Notes under the pieces: generated by a model
The model's input: only the letters and a program-made list of their open reading frames with translations
Database searches by the model: none
What the model was told of the DNA's origin: nothing
Shown here: positions 1 to 10,340 of the stretch, piece after piece
How positions within the stretch are numbered: position 1 is the stretch's first letter
Layout of the letters: the number at the start of each line of letters is the position of its first letter
NCBI GenBank assembly: GCA_977030845.1
Contig: OZ365110.1
Location: 17,980,001-18,044,000 of the forward strand
From: Fimbriosthenelais zetlandica
Taxonomy: Eukaryota
Reading direction: 5' to 3'
Length of the DNA stretch: 64,000 nt
Made by a program: the position numbers and the translations under genes

Positions 1-801
1 CCTTAGGCGTGGCTTCAATTAAAGGTAATTCTCGTAGATTAGATTATAGGGGGATTTCTTTCCTTGTGACGAGGTACTTCATTTTTTTTCTCTCTAGTCT
101 AGAATTATATAGGACCCTACCCTGTTTATAAGGCACGGAAAAAATGATTCGCCGATAAGATTGTGTGACGTCATGGTATTATATATTGAATTCAAATTTT
201 GAAAGAATCCCCTTAATGATCTGAAATCGCAAGCAAAGTTTAGTATCAATTTAGATTTATCAGAGTCATAACTACTTTGCACATCTTGATGCATCTTTAT
301 CTCATTTTGCTTGAAAGAAGGGAAATAACCCGTCGATAATCCCAGCATTTTTATGGATAGGCATATACATATATCAGATTTTTTATATCTAACTAACTGA
401 CGCAATCATTGGAACGTGTGCATAAATGGTAGTATATGCACCAAGTACACACATATATATGTTGTTTATCTGATACCAGGCATTGATTCACTTCCGGAAT
501 TTTTGAGATGCGATCGGCAGTTTCTAGGAAACCATAAAGGTGGTACCATTGGAGTACCTATACTGTACCTAAAATTTTGTTTGTTAAACTTTGCCCTTTC
601 CGTGGTTAACAATTACAAGGCCATCCTTACAACACTTGGCTTTTTTGTTGCAAATAACTAAGATGTTCAGTCACAAATAACACCACATAAGAGTTGTCTC
701 CAGTCCCATCTTCCTGTTTGCACTTGGGACTTTGCTCTGTAGAGATAAAGAACTGGAATCCCTGCTGACTACTAAGACTCCTTATCAGTGACGAGGACCT
801 G

Positions 802-809
802 TATATAAA
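802..809 (+). promoter_or_regulatory. Candidate TATA box of gene 1
   Basis: TATATAAA about 110 nt upstream of the ATG. A second TATATAAG at 901-908 is probably too close to the ATG. Confidence 0.45.
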
Positions 810-920
810 TATGGGCCCCCACTGCCATGCCAAATAACAACAATTCCAACTCTTGGAGAGAGCATAAAGCATCAAGACAAAAAGTAAAACTTAAGCAAGT
901 TATATAAGAAAGGCAAAACC

Positions 921-2069
921 ATGGCACTTTCTTGTGAGTGGAATTCTTCACCAACACTTAGCATGCGTCATGGATCTTCATCAAAGAAAAATAAAAAGCC
1001 GGCCGTCTCTGTCATGTTATTGGGATCTCCTGATGCTGGAAAAGGCGGACTTCTCCATGCCTACACTGAGGGTCGTTATCCGGACACTGAAAGACCGGAG
1101 CACAAGCGTGTTGTGTCCATAGTCACCTTCAATGATTCCACTATCAAGGTAAATTTAATACTTTTTTATCCATAAGCTTTTGAAAAAAATCATTAGAGAA
1201 GGAAAATTTAATTCTGGAATGTATATGACTGAATTATGAAGTGGTGGTTTAAAAGGTTTAATCTGGAAATATTTGACTCCAAACTTAAAACAGGGGAATA
1301 TTATTCTAAGGCTTGGCCTATATCAAATTGAATCTACACTTTGTGCTTGTAATAGTTTATAGTATCTAAGATGCATTTCAATATTTATTTACCTTAACTA
1401 GCCTTATAAGTTATTGAAATTTTGGCAAGATTAAATTGATATGCAGGGCATTGTGTTAATTAAAGTATTATACATTGGTAACCGGGGATGCTAAGGATTC
1501 TATATTTAGAATTATCCTTTATTACAATGGAGAGATGAAGTGAGGCATAGACAATGAAATAACCATACATTCTATCCTTTCAGGTGTGTGACACTCCCGG
1601 TAACATTGACCTCGCTTCTAGCAAAGAGAACCAGAAGAAGAAGAAGCACCGAGGATCAGCTTCTGGTCCTGTGGGACTAGTGGCAGTCTATAGTGTGGAA
1701 GATCGAGCATCTCTTGATGAAGCGGTAAAAGTCCTTGAAGGCCACCTTCAAGCTGGCAGCAACTTCCACGGCATGGCCCTTGTGGGCACCTGGAACGGAG
1801 CGCGGCCTAACGGACGAAAGGTCACTCACAAACAAGGCAGGGATGCTGCACAGCAAGTCGGTGCTACATTCTGCGAGGTGGCATGTTGTCAAGAAACGAG
1901 GCTTACCATCCAGGCCATGGTTAGAAAATTGGCAGAGGTCTGCCTCAACGAGTGGACCGTGCAGAGTGAGAAGTGCAAGAACATTGAAAAAGACAGTAAA
2001 GCCAAGAGTTCCTATCGTGTGTCAGTTAAATCTGCACTGCGATCCTTGAAATCATTCTTAGTTGTATAG
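921..2069 (+). CDS. Atypical Ras-superfamily small GTPase-like protein, gene 1; two exons join(921..1148,1584..2069), 237 aa
   Basis: ATG 921 in context AAACCATGG. Exon 1 has beta1+P-loop VSVMLLGSPDAGKGG. A phase-0 intron AAG|GTAAAT...TCTATCCTTTCAG|GTG joins STIK to VCDTPG (G3 DxxG). Exon 2 continues with LVAVYSVEDRASL (beta4/alpha3), LVGTWNG (G4 position) and GATFCEVAC (G5 position), ending in TAG 2067-2069. Confidence 0.88.
1149..1583 (+). other. GT-AG intron of gene 1 (435 nt, phase 0)
   Basis: Donor GTAAAT at 1149. Pyrimidine tract plus CAG ends at 1583. Splicing restores a continuous GTPase fold. Confidence 0.88.
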
Positions 2070-2190
2070 ATTTATAATGGATCGAATGAAGTGTGAACTT
2101 CCTCTTTTGTACAAATGATTTTCATAATTTATGTTTAGTTAGAATTCGTCTTTGGAAATAAGATCTGATACATTGTGAGGACCTTGCGCA

Positions 2191-2357
2191 TATATATAAC
2201 CCTGACTTAGCGACCACCTGACTAGCAACATCTGCCTAATGTGGCCACTTTATGAAGGGCTCTAATTGTTTGATCTAAACAAAAGTACCAAAACTTGACC
2301 CTCAACGGCACTTTCAGTGGTTCCCAAGGTTGGTCGTTTTACATAAGTTTATGTGTA
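2191..2357. mobile_element. Decayed MITE-like element downstream of gene 1
   Basis: Imperfect terminal inverted repeats: left TATATATAACCCTGACTTAGCGACCACC, right (reverse complement) TACACATAAACTTATGTAAAACGACCAACC. Resembles TA-flanked GACCACC...GGTGGTC MITEs of marine invertebrates. Confidence 0.45.
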
Positions 2358-2508
2358 CCCTGTTTTCCAACGACTATAAAAATTACAGGCCTCTACATAT
2401 GTCTACATTATTTTTTCACATCAGAACTTAAATATGAAATATGAATTATAGACCTTATGTAGAATATCATGATAAGTAAAATGTCACATAAAAAATGTCT
2501 CAACTCGT

Positions 2509-2529
2509 AATAAAAAAAATCCAAATAAA
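2509..2529 (+). terminator. Candidate polyadenylation signals of gene 1
   Basis: AATAAA at 2509-2514 and 2524-2529, followed by T/GT-rich sequence. Confidence 0.4.
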
Positions 2530-3217
2530 ACACGTCATTTTTGTTGGATATTTTGCTACTCTATGCTATTGTCTCTTTCTCTCTCCCTTGGGTTAATTTC
2601 GCTAAGGAATATCTGTAGATTTCTTACAAATTATGTATACATGGATAACCAAAAACAGTTTTAAAACTTACGTAGCCTAAATCTAACAGAACATATTGGT
2701 TATGTGATTATAACCTAAATGAACACACCTTTTTTTACATTTTTGTATGACACCTCCAAGAATGTGTCTATTTCTGTCTGATAACTCGAAGCGACACGCA
2801 ACCAAAAGCACCATGAGCCTGAAGCAACTAATCTGGCACGTAATTGCCTGTTTATGAAAACCCCCATCATTCATCAGCCCACATTATCCCACAGCCATGA
2901 AATATATGGGCATGAGGGAGGTCGTTAATAAGCCTTATATATATGAACACTCAATCACATATTGAGTGGGACATCGTTTGATTATTATCTCCCTTTAATC
3001 AGTGAATAATCTGATTTTCCCATCAGCATACATGGGAAGTTTTATATTGATTTTTCAGTCTAAAACTGTCACGATTCTCTCTATTTAGTTTGAATGGTTT
3101 TCTTCTGGGATAAAAGATTACTTTTGTTTATAGGCCTACCTCTCTTCCCAGTATATTATAACTACCGTACATAAGGATTTTTTGAGTGATTTTATCAGTA
3201 TTCCATTATCACTTTCC

Positions 3218-3227
3218 GGGATTCCCC
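3218..3227 (+). promoter_or_regulatory. NF-kB/Rel consensus site upstream of gene 2
   Basis: GGGATTCCCC matches GGGRNWYYCC. A second kB-like palindrome GGAAATTTCC is at 3510-3519. Confidence 0.35.
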
Positions 3228-3528
3228 GTGTCTCTATGAATGCATGCATGGGTGTTTCCCCTTATTCATCGCGCGTGCATACAGTTATGATTTTTCATTA
3301 AATGACATTTTCCAACGACTTACAATGTTTACTGAGTAATTGGACATTACCCAGTGAAAATTTTGATAATCATTTTGGGGATATAAACGGACCAGACTCT
3401 GTCAAAAGTCATTACTGCAAACATCTTGTAGGTGGACACATTGTTTCAGGCAAAATATTTTTACTTAATACTGAAAAGAATTCCTTTCTCTGGACGGTTA
3501 CTCTGTATCGGAAATTTCCTCCACAGTG

Positions 3529-3566
3529 GATCCTTGGATGTACTAGATCCTTGGATGTACTAGATC
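3529..3566. repeat. 17-bp direct tandem duplication
   Basis: GATCCTTGGATGTACTA x2 plus GATC. Confidence 0.9.
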
Positions 3567-3593
3567 TATATACGCCATAAATGATCGTTCTTC

Positions 3594-3606
3594 ATTGGCT
3601 ATAAAA
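3594..3606 (+). promoter_or_regulatory. Candidate core promoter of gene 2 (inverted CCAAT plus TATA box)
   Basis: ATTGG 3594-3598 directly followed by TATAAAA 3600-3606, about 80 nt upstream of ATG 3683. Confidence 0.55.
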
Positions 3607-3682
3607 ACATTTCCTGGGCTACAATTTGCGGTGGTATATCTTATTTCCAATACATATTCCATCAGATATTCTACGTTCAAAG

Positions 3683-4471
3683 ATGGCGATGTATTGGCCT
3701 TTGGGTGGAACCACTTTGCCATCCCCGTGGTCCGGTGGCATGTCTTTTAGAACTCGCTGTGATTTCAAAGTCTCCATTCTGGTAGTCGGAAATGGTGGCC
3801 CGAGAAAAAACAGTTTCATCCAATGCTGCGCCCAAAGAGCCTACAAACCAAAGGAACTGCCAAAAACCACCAGGAAATTCCTAGAGCAATCACTGTCGGT
3901 GAACGACAAGCGCTGCAAATTGAAAATGTACGACGCCCCTCGGCTGCTGGACATTAATTCCAAGCCTGATTTGAATTTCATTAAAAAACTTCGTGAAAAT
4001 GTTGTCTGCCTTCTGGCTGTTTACAACATTGAGGACGAGGGGAGTTTGGAGAATGCCATTCACGACATTAAAACATGGAAAAGCTTGCTGGAAATGGTAA
4101 ACGGCAATGAGGAGGAAGGGAGCTTAATTTCGACGACCATTGTCGGCACGTGGAAAGGGGAAAGACCACCGGATGTGACGCAATCCAAGGCGCGAAGCGT
4201 GAGGGAAAGGATTGGCGACATGGGAGCTCGCTTGATCACGACATCCTGCAACCCTGATTCTAACGTATTTTCACTGATTTGGACAACGGTTTCCAACGCT
4301 TGGAGACTTGTCAAAAAACTTAATGAGAAGAAATTGATTGGGGAGAAGAACAAAGGACAATTGTTACTATTTAGTCGGAGTGAACATGACATTAAACAGA
4401 AAACAGCATTTGTCGATAAGGCTTGGTTGTGGATAAAAGGGAAACTAACTTTGTATTCTCTACTGAATTGA
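3683..4471 (+). CDS. Atypical Ras-superfamily small GTPase-like protein, gene 2; intronless, 262 aa (alternative in-frame ATG at 3740)
   Basis: Longest ORF in the window. First in-frame ATG is 3683 (CAAAGATGG). Motifs: VSILVVGNGGPRKNSF (P-loop position), SVNDKRCKLKMYDAPR (beta2-beta3-G3), CLLAVYNIEDEGSL, TIVGTWKGERP (G4 position), LITTSC (G5 position). Stop TGA 4469-4471. Confidence 0.88.
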   Translation: MAMYWPLGGTTLPSPWSGGMSFRTRCDFKVSILVVGNGGPRKNSFIQCCAQRAYKPKELPKTTRKFLEQSLSVNDKRCKLKMYDAPRLLDINSKPDLNFIKKLRENVVCLLAVYNIEDEGSLENAIHDIKTWKSLLEMVNGNEEEGSLISTTIVGTWKGERPPDVTQSKARSVRERIGDMGARLITTSCNPDSNVFSLIWTTVSNAWRLVKKLNEKKLIGEKNKGQLLLFSRSEHDIKQKTAFVDKAWLWIKGKLTLYSLLN

Positions 4472-4811
4472 GATTTGGAAATACTTCCTTATTTTGTACC
4501 TATTTATGAACGTTTACATTTATTTTAGAATACTTTGCTTTTATTTTGCTGTAATATTATTTTGCACAAAATTATTGATGGTTTTTTTTTTTATGAATTC
4601 GGATATTTATCCCACTCATCCTGTATTTTATGTACGTGTACATATGTAGAATATTTATCATGTATTTGGACATCTCATTTTGTTTCATAGAATAGATAAT
4701 TACTTTGAACAACGCAAGACAGTGCTTGTATTTAATATTTTGCTTCATGTCCGTGTGGCATTATAGGTAGGCCCCTATAGTCTGCAATGTCTGTGCTAGC
4801 CTAATTGTCAT

Positions 4812-4817
4812 AATAAA
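4812..4817 (+). terminator. Candidate polyadenylation signal of gene 2
   Basis: AATAAA about 340 nt after the stop, following a U-rich 3'UTR. Confidence 0.4.
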
Positions 4818-5529
4818 TCATAACAATTTATATTGGTTTGAATGTTTATCTATTAATAATTTTACACTAGTCACCTAAATATTTAACAATTTATCTAGGG
4901 GTAGAAGGGAAAGAGGGAAGGGGAAATTTGTACTATTGGTCATGGATAGACGTGTATAGTATAGTGTCCCTGTGATAATTTAGCACATGCCGGAACTCCC
5001 TCTCGTGTGTGTTAAGGTTATCAAATGACGATTTGACAAGCCATGCTCATGGCTCTACCTGTCTCCTTCTAAGCGCACTACACATTATCATGATTATAGA
5101 CATCAAGAAACTGCAGTTCAATATCCTCTACTTTTACTCTTAAAATAATAGGATTTGTCTCAGAAGAATTTACCTAAATAGAGAAAATATGTAATATGTT
5201 CCCAGGGTGGAATACGTTCTATTACATCAGAGATATACCTGTAATCATAAAACTAATTATTATTATGCCAGATTCGCTCTTTTCATCTCGGATTCTGTAT
5301 GGACTTGAAGTGTGATTATACACTATCCATTTTACATGCTCGAAATATATTTGAGAATGTTATTATAATAACATATATGTCTGTTTTCACCATGCCTTAA
5401 TTTCTGTTCTCAAGCAGTCCTTGAGGATCGAGCTACATGTGTAGACGCAGTCTTTATCCTGGTCAGAGGGTGAAATATGCGCTCTCTCTAATTATATATA
5501 GCACTTGGAGGCACTTAAAGAAAGAGAGG

Positions 5530-5832
5530 ATATCCTGCATTCTTCCTTTAAGGCGATCTGGGAGTAATGGGCATAGTGAGGAGGATGGTAATTGATTTTC
5601 TCCCTGTGCCGCATGCGGCTCTCCAAAGATCAATCTTTAGGCTCTTGTTAATGTACACTGTTCTGGGGCTTAGCAGCAGGGATTTGATATCATTGATTGA
5701 AGACATGGCTTTTAAAACGGAGTCCATAAAAAGGAAGTGAGAGAAAGAGGGGCGGGCGATGATAAATGTACATGGATGAATAGAAGCTACAGTATAGCGT
5801 ACAAATGTAGTCCCAACCGGAATTAGAACCAC
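5530..5832 (-). mobile_element. LINE reverse-transcriptase remnant (RTE-like)
   Basis: ORF 5548..5832 has PSFSHFLFMDSVLKAM...IKSLLLS, resembling the SPxLFxxxMD...SLLYADD region. Confidence 0.4.
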
Positions 5833-7799
5833 TAAGAAATGTTAGCTTATCTAATGTTAACAACTGGCGGGTCCTCTATAGTATGAGTATTAAATGTTCA
5901 CATGAGCCTAATGATCATTGATTCTGCTATTATGTAAGTTTATCCACTTATGTTTGATGCAGAATGATACTATAGGAAGCTGATTATAATATGCATACAT
6001 GCATGGTAATCCAATGCATGCTTCCCTTGGTAATTAACTGGCAGTTCCCATTTTAATCTATATTATTTGACACAGCACTAACAAATAGTGGTAACTTACT
6101 CGTCGATGTATCTGTGTCTGTGTCCAGCTTGTTACTCGGGATATTGTGAGAGCCTAGCGAATATAGTAAATGTTAATGCTTTCCCCTGTGTCCATGCCAT
6201 CTCATTCATTTTCAGGAGGTGAGAATATTTTCTTCCTATGTACAGAAGAAAGAATGGGGTTTTAATACGGACTAGTACGTAAATAATATCCTAAACATAT
6301 AGGAACGCCAAAATATATTGTAAAAATGGGTCAAATCGCAAATTGAAACTCGGAGCTTCCTAGTAATTGTTCTTTCGAATTATATATTCAGAACCTGGCC
6401 TTTTCACGTATCATTGTGATAAGCCTTACCATTTTACTTGATAGTAAAAATGGGAATCCTCGATAGCATAGATGCGATTTAAGCTGGCAACAGACATTTT
6501 ACCACGACCAGCTTTTTACTCCCATCTGCCTATCCCTCTGTTCACAATGACATATTTTATCTCGCTCCAAGCGAATTAAAAACATGAAACATAAAAAGTA
6601 TTTTAGCTTTTAGACTTAGCACCTCGGTTTTTGTGTTGTACAAGCCCCGGGGCCTGTAGAGACCTGGTGTGATTCAGTATTTTTCTATCTGTACAGCGTT
6701 CCGCTACTTTGGAACCATAAACTGTTACAGTATTCAGAAAGGCTAGAGTTACAGGCCCTACGTATGCATAATCCGGCGCGACCCGCTCATAATCTTTATA
6801 TGCTACTTCCTGAAGCGATGTCATACGACCCTTGAAGCCCCCTATGAGCCATGGCACAAAGGTGTTTGGTCATTCATGCACGTCCCACTGGCCCCATCCC
6901 AGGCAGGCGTGACAGATATATGTTGATTTCCAACAGTAAATTGCTGATAAAAGACTGGATGCTAGATATAAAACTATAATGTAGCCTTGTGTTATATTGA
7001 ATACAACACTTCCCCACAGGATGGAACGTGTGTATACATTACCATATAGTATGATGGCCCGTGCAGTATTACACGTACCATACGTGGTTGAGTTGCATGT
7101 ATTAGTAACTTAAAGATGTATGAAAGCTAAGCTGTTATGAAATTGATTTTTCTTTATCGCACTTTCTAATAATCTTAAAATTTGATTCCATTGGCATTTT
7201 GACATTTCATCCGAGGAATTTCAGGAAATGCATTCCATAGAAACGCTAGTAGGCCTACTTCTACAGTTTAAATTTGAAAGCCTGTCAGAACCTGCTCATT
7301 GATTTTAGACCTATTATTTTCTGATTGAAACGCAAATGATTCATACAAAACTCATGTATACATTTTGCGCTATGATCCCATGCCAGTGAGGATTGGTCTA
7401 CCGTATAAGGTCAATTTGTGATATAAATTATGGTTGTTGGGCAGTGTATGTCGACCACAACACATTGCCTAATCGCACATGGCCCACAACTAGTGATTTA
7501 TGGCTTATTGGATCATGTCGAGTTTCCATATATCATGCCCTCTAAACATGAAAAGTATATTTATAAGCTGGCCTGCATGAATAAGGATATAGTACAACTT
7601 ATTATGCACACTTTTTTATGAAGAATTATAAAAGTTTTACAGGAATAAGCAGTGGCCAGTGATCCATAGAGATAATCTTATTACTAAGTGGAAATCTTAT
7701 TACTACATGGAACCTAAGTATTAACCTTTCTAAGACCCCTTTTCTAAGTTTTAGACTTGATGGGTTAAAGAATTAAGGAATATACTAAGAGAGGCTGTA

Positions 7800-8700
7800 T
7801 TTCTTCATCTACTCATTCCCTATGATAACCATGTCCTTGGGGTTAGGGGTGTTTAAAGGATGGGGGGTGATGAGGAGGGTGGGAGGGATGGAGACAGAGT
7901 GGACGCATGGTGTAGAAGTTAAAGCGGCTGGGGGTGGGGTGGATGGATGCAGGTTGAATAAATCAGAGCTGAGCCACCAGCTGATGCATGGCTCCTCAGG
8001 GAGGCACTGTGAGTCTGTGACGGTTTGGCCTGGCCTGGGAAGGAGGAGGGTTGGTGGGCGAAGCAGTGGCCAGAGTCCTGGTCCTAATGATGCTTCAGGG
8101 ACACACCCGCCCGGACCAGGCCATGCATACTATCCACAAATCAGCCAGTGGATCGCCAATAAGTCACTCTAGGGGCCACGCCAGCCCATGCATTCAGCCA
8201 CATAGATAAGTCCTCACAGAATCTTTTTCCATTGACACCTTCGCTCCATCGCCAGCGCTTGAAAGTAGGCATTGGCTGCCTCGGTAAAAGCAACAATTCT
8301 GTGTACATGCTTTGGATGTTTTATCATTCATATAGCAGGGTCTAAATGTAAAGTGCAAAATATGTATGAATTCGTATTGTAGGTAGGTTGGTAGATGCAT
8401 GGGACGACTAACACATCAGCTGTTACTGCAAAGGAGAGTGTCTTAACAAAATATCAAGATTATTGGGCTGGAGGTCTGAGAACAGAAAGGGGGCAGGGAG
8501 ACTAGGAGTGAGGGAGGATGCCGAGAAGGTGTGCAGGAGGGGGAATGGCATATAGATACGAGTCTGAGAGAAATTAGATGCTGCCTTTTCCAAGCTTCAC
8601 CAAATCTAAATAGTCTGGAAAGTCCTTGGAGACCTGGAGTGAAAAGTGCAAAATACTGTTAGTCACTGGGGTATGTAGGCAGTTCCTCGTTTATTCACTT
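7800..8700 (-). mobile_element. Highly decayed retroelement remnant (SGNH/esterase ORF1-like and CR1 3'-end-like fragments)
   Basis: Weak motifs across frames: LLLLPR, VTYWRS, and PRTFQT..SLEKA resembling FFPRT..WNSLP..A. Confidence 0.25.
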
Positions 8701-9899
8701 CCGGAAATCAGAAATCTCATTACGGTGATTGAGAAAAGACGATAGGAGTTGACGGTTCGGCGGCAAAATGGGTGTCACTGATGCAGACTTCGCGTGAAAT
8801 TAGTCCATCTAATTTGTTTGCCAATTCAGACGTTAGAGGCACAGCAAAGGGATCTCGATTAGCTTCGATGCCTCACATTGTCCATAGAATAGTTCGTTAT
8901 CCCACCTCGTGTTGGCTGTAGGGGGAATTGTCAGTTGGACATGCATAAATCACTATAGAGCTCCTCGGGGAAATAGGACTCCATCCTAAAGAACCTACAG
9001 CTAGGTTAGGCAAAGGATTAGTGGACCTAACTTTGTGGTTTGATCTGGTCTGTCTGCATGAGATATCTGCTCCAAAATTGTATTCCATTCCAGACCAGCT
9101 AAGAACGAAGGAATCCAGAAGAATGTGGATTTAAATTGGCTTGATTTTAAGAGATGGGGGTTATGAAATTATTGCCGAGTTGGTGGAAGGATTAGTGGAA
9201 TTTGGAAAGGCTGTCTACCAGTTGGATGGTTTTAATGTATGTAAAATGCCATTTCTTTGCAAAACACATCAGCTGCTCGGCGATCGATAATTATTCGAGG
9301 AAAAAGTTTGAAGCAATTATGCTTTAAACCCACAGATTTTAATTGCTTTTTCTTGGCTCCTAAACCGAAAGCAGAAAGAAAAACCTTATTTGGCATAAAA
9401 CACAGCCTGGTTTTGTCTGCCCATTAATCATTGCCAAATTAAATAAATGGCAATATTATGTTGAAGTTGATGATGTGCCTGAATGGATTCAGTCTGGACC
9501 ATCAATTTGTGATGTTTTGCCACTATTTTAGAAAACCAACACGCTCCAAAGGAAGGTTTCATTTCATTTCATTTCAAACTTTATTTAGCGTCGGTGCGTT
9601 TACAGAAAAGTATAACATTAGCTTGACGCTCAGAAAATGTAACATTTGGACTGACAGGAACATTGACCGCAAATCATTGATTTGAATGCATTTATTTTTT
9701 TAGCAGAAACTAGCAGGTGATTTTTCGTTACATACAGATCCTTGCATGGATACATATACCATATCCGAGTCCATGGCTCTCTGAAACTAACCAGTTGAAG
9801 CTTTAACCTTTTTCTCTCATATACAGACGCTGCCGTCGACTGGGTTTCCCTGTGCTATATATATGTGTGCACAACAGGAAGCTGTGTAAAACGATCTGT

Positions 9900-10340
9900 C
9901 GAATATGCATAGGGAGCCACCGGAAACAAATGCCTTCTGCGGAGACACCTAGCGGGGGTTAATCAAAGCGAATGGCATCCTCGGCGGGGTGAATTAGCAG
10001 AGGGATTCCACAGCGCCTCGACCAATATACATTACCACTATCGATCCCAACAGTATGGCATAATCTCGTATTTGCAGGGTTTGTTACCAACAGCGAATTT
10101 GCGACTAAATTGAAATCGACACCGGAGAGAGATCGGACATAAATCATACTGACATGGGAGCAGAGAATGCGAGCATGGAGAGGGAGGCGGTATTTCTGGA
10201 ATCACCGGTAAGGTCGCTATGATGGCTGACCTTGGATGATGCTGGGATGATTCCCGATCAACAGTATAACCAATGCTTTTTCTTGGGTCATGTTTCATGC
10301 AAGAAGGCGAGCAGAAGCATGTGTTTGCTGCTAATCAACT
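9900..10340 (-). mobile_element. LINE (CR1/L2) endonuclease remnant
   Basis: QHHPRSAIIA and GVDFNL fragments resemble HP.A.II.GDFN. Confidence 0.3.

Noticed and set aside
3626-3682. ORF-track start (TTG at 3626) for gene 2, and GTG 'start' at 1584 for gene 1 exon 2
   Set aside because: TTG 3626 is only about 20 nt after the TATA box, at or before the likely TSS; ATG 3683 has a good Kozak context. GTG 1584 directly follows a splice acceptor and is a Val codon of exon 2.
4060-4392. 110-aa antisense ORF (also the 1677..1892, 1735..2049 and 3619..3819 overlaps)
   Set aside because: Shadow or alternative frames of the two real genes, with no recognisable domains.
6400-6857. Possible third, antisense Ras-like relic (WLIGGFKGRMTSL...TVTVYGSKV...D, and in-frame IYAIEDSHF near 6473)
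   Set aside because: No P-loop Lys. The D-to-YxIED spacing is 72 codons with stops, versus about 29 in gene 2, and no GTW motif lies at a matching distance. Probably chance; tblastn of both proteins against 5900-6900 would settle it.
7839-7950. G-quadruplex-capable G-runs (G6...GGGTGGGAGGG)
   Set aside because: Lies in a decayed purine-rich TE tail, with no context suggesting function.
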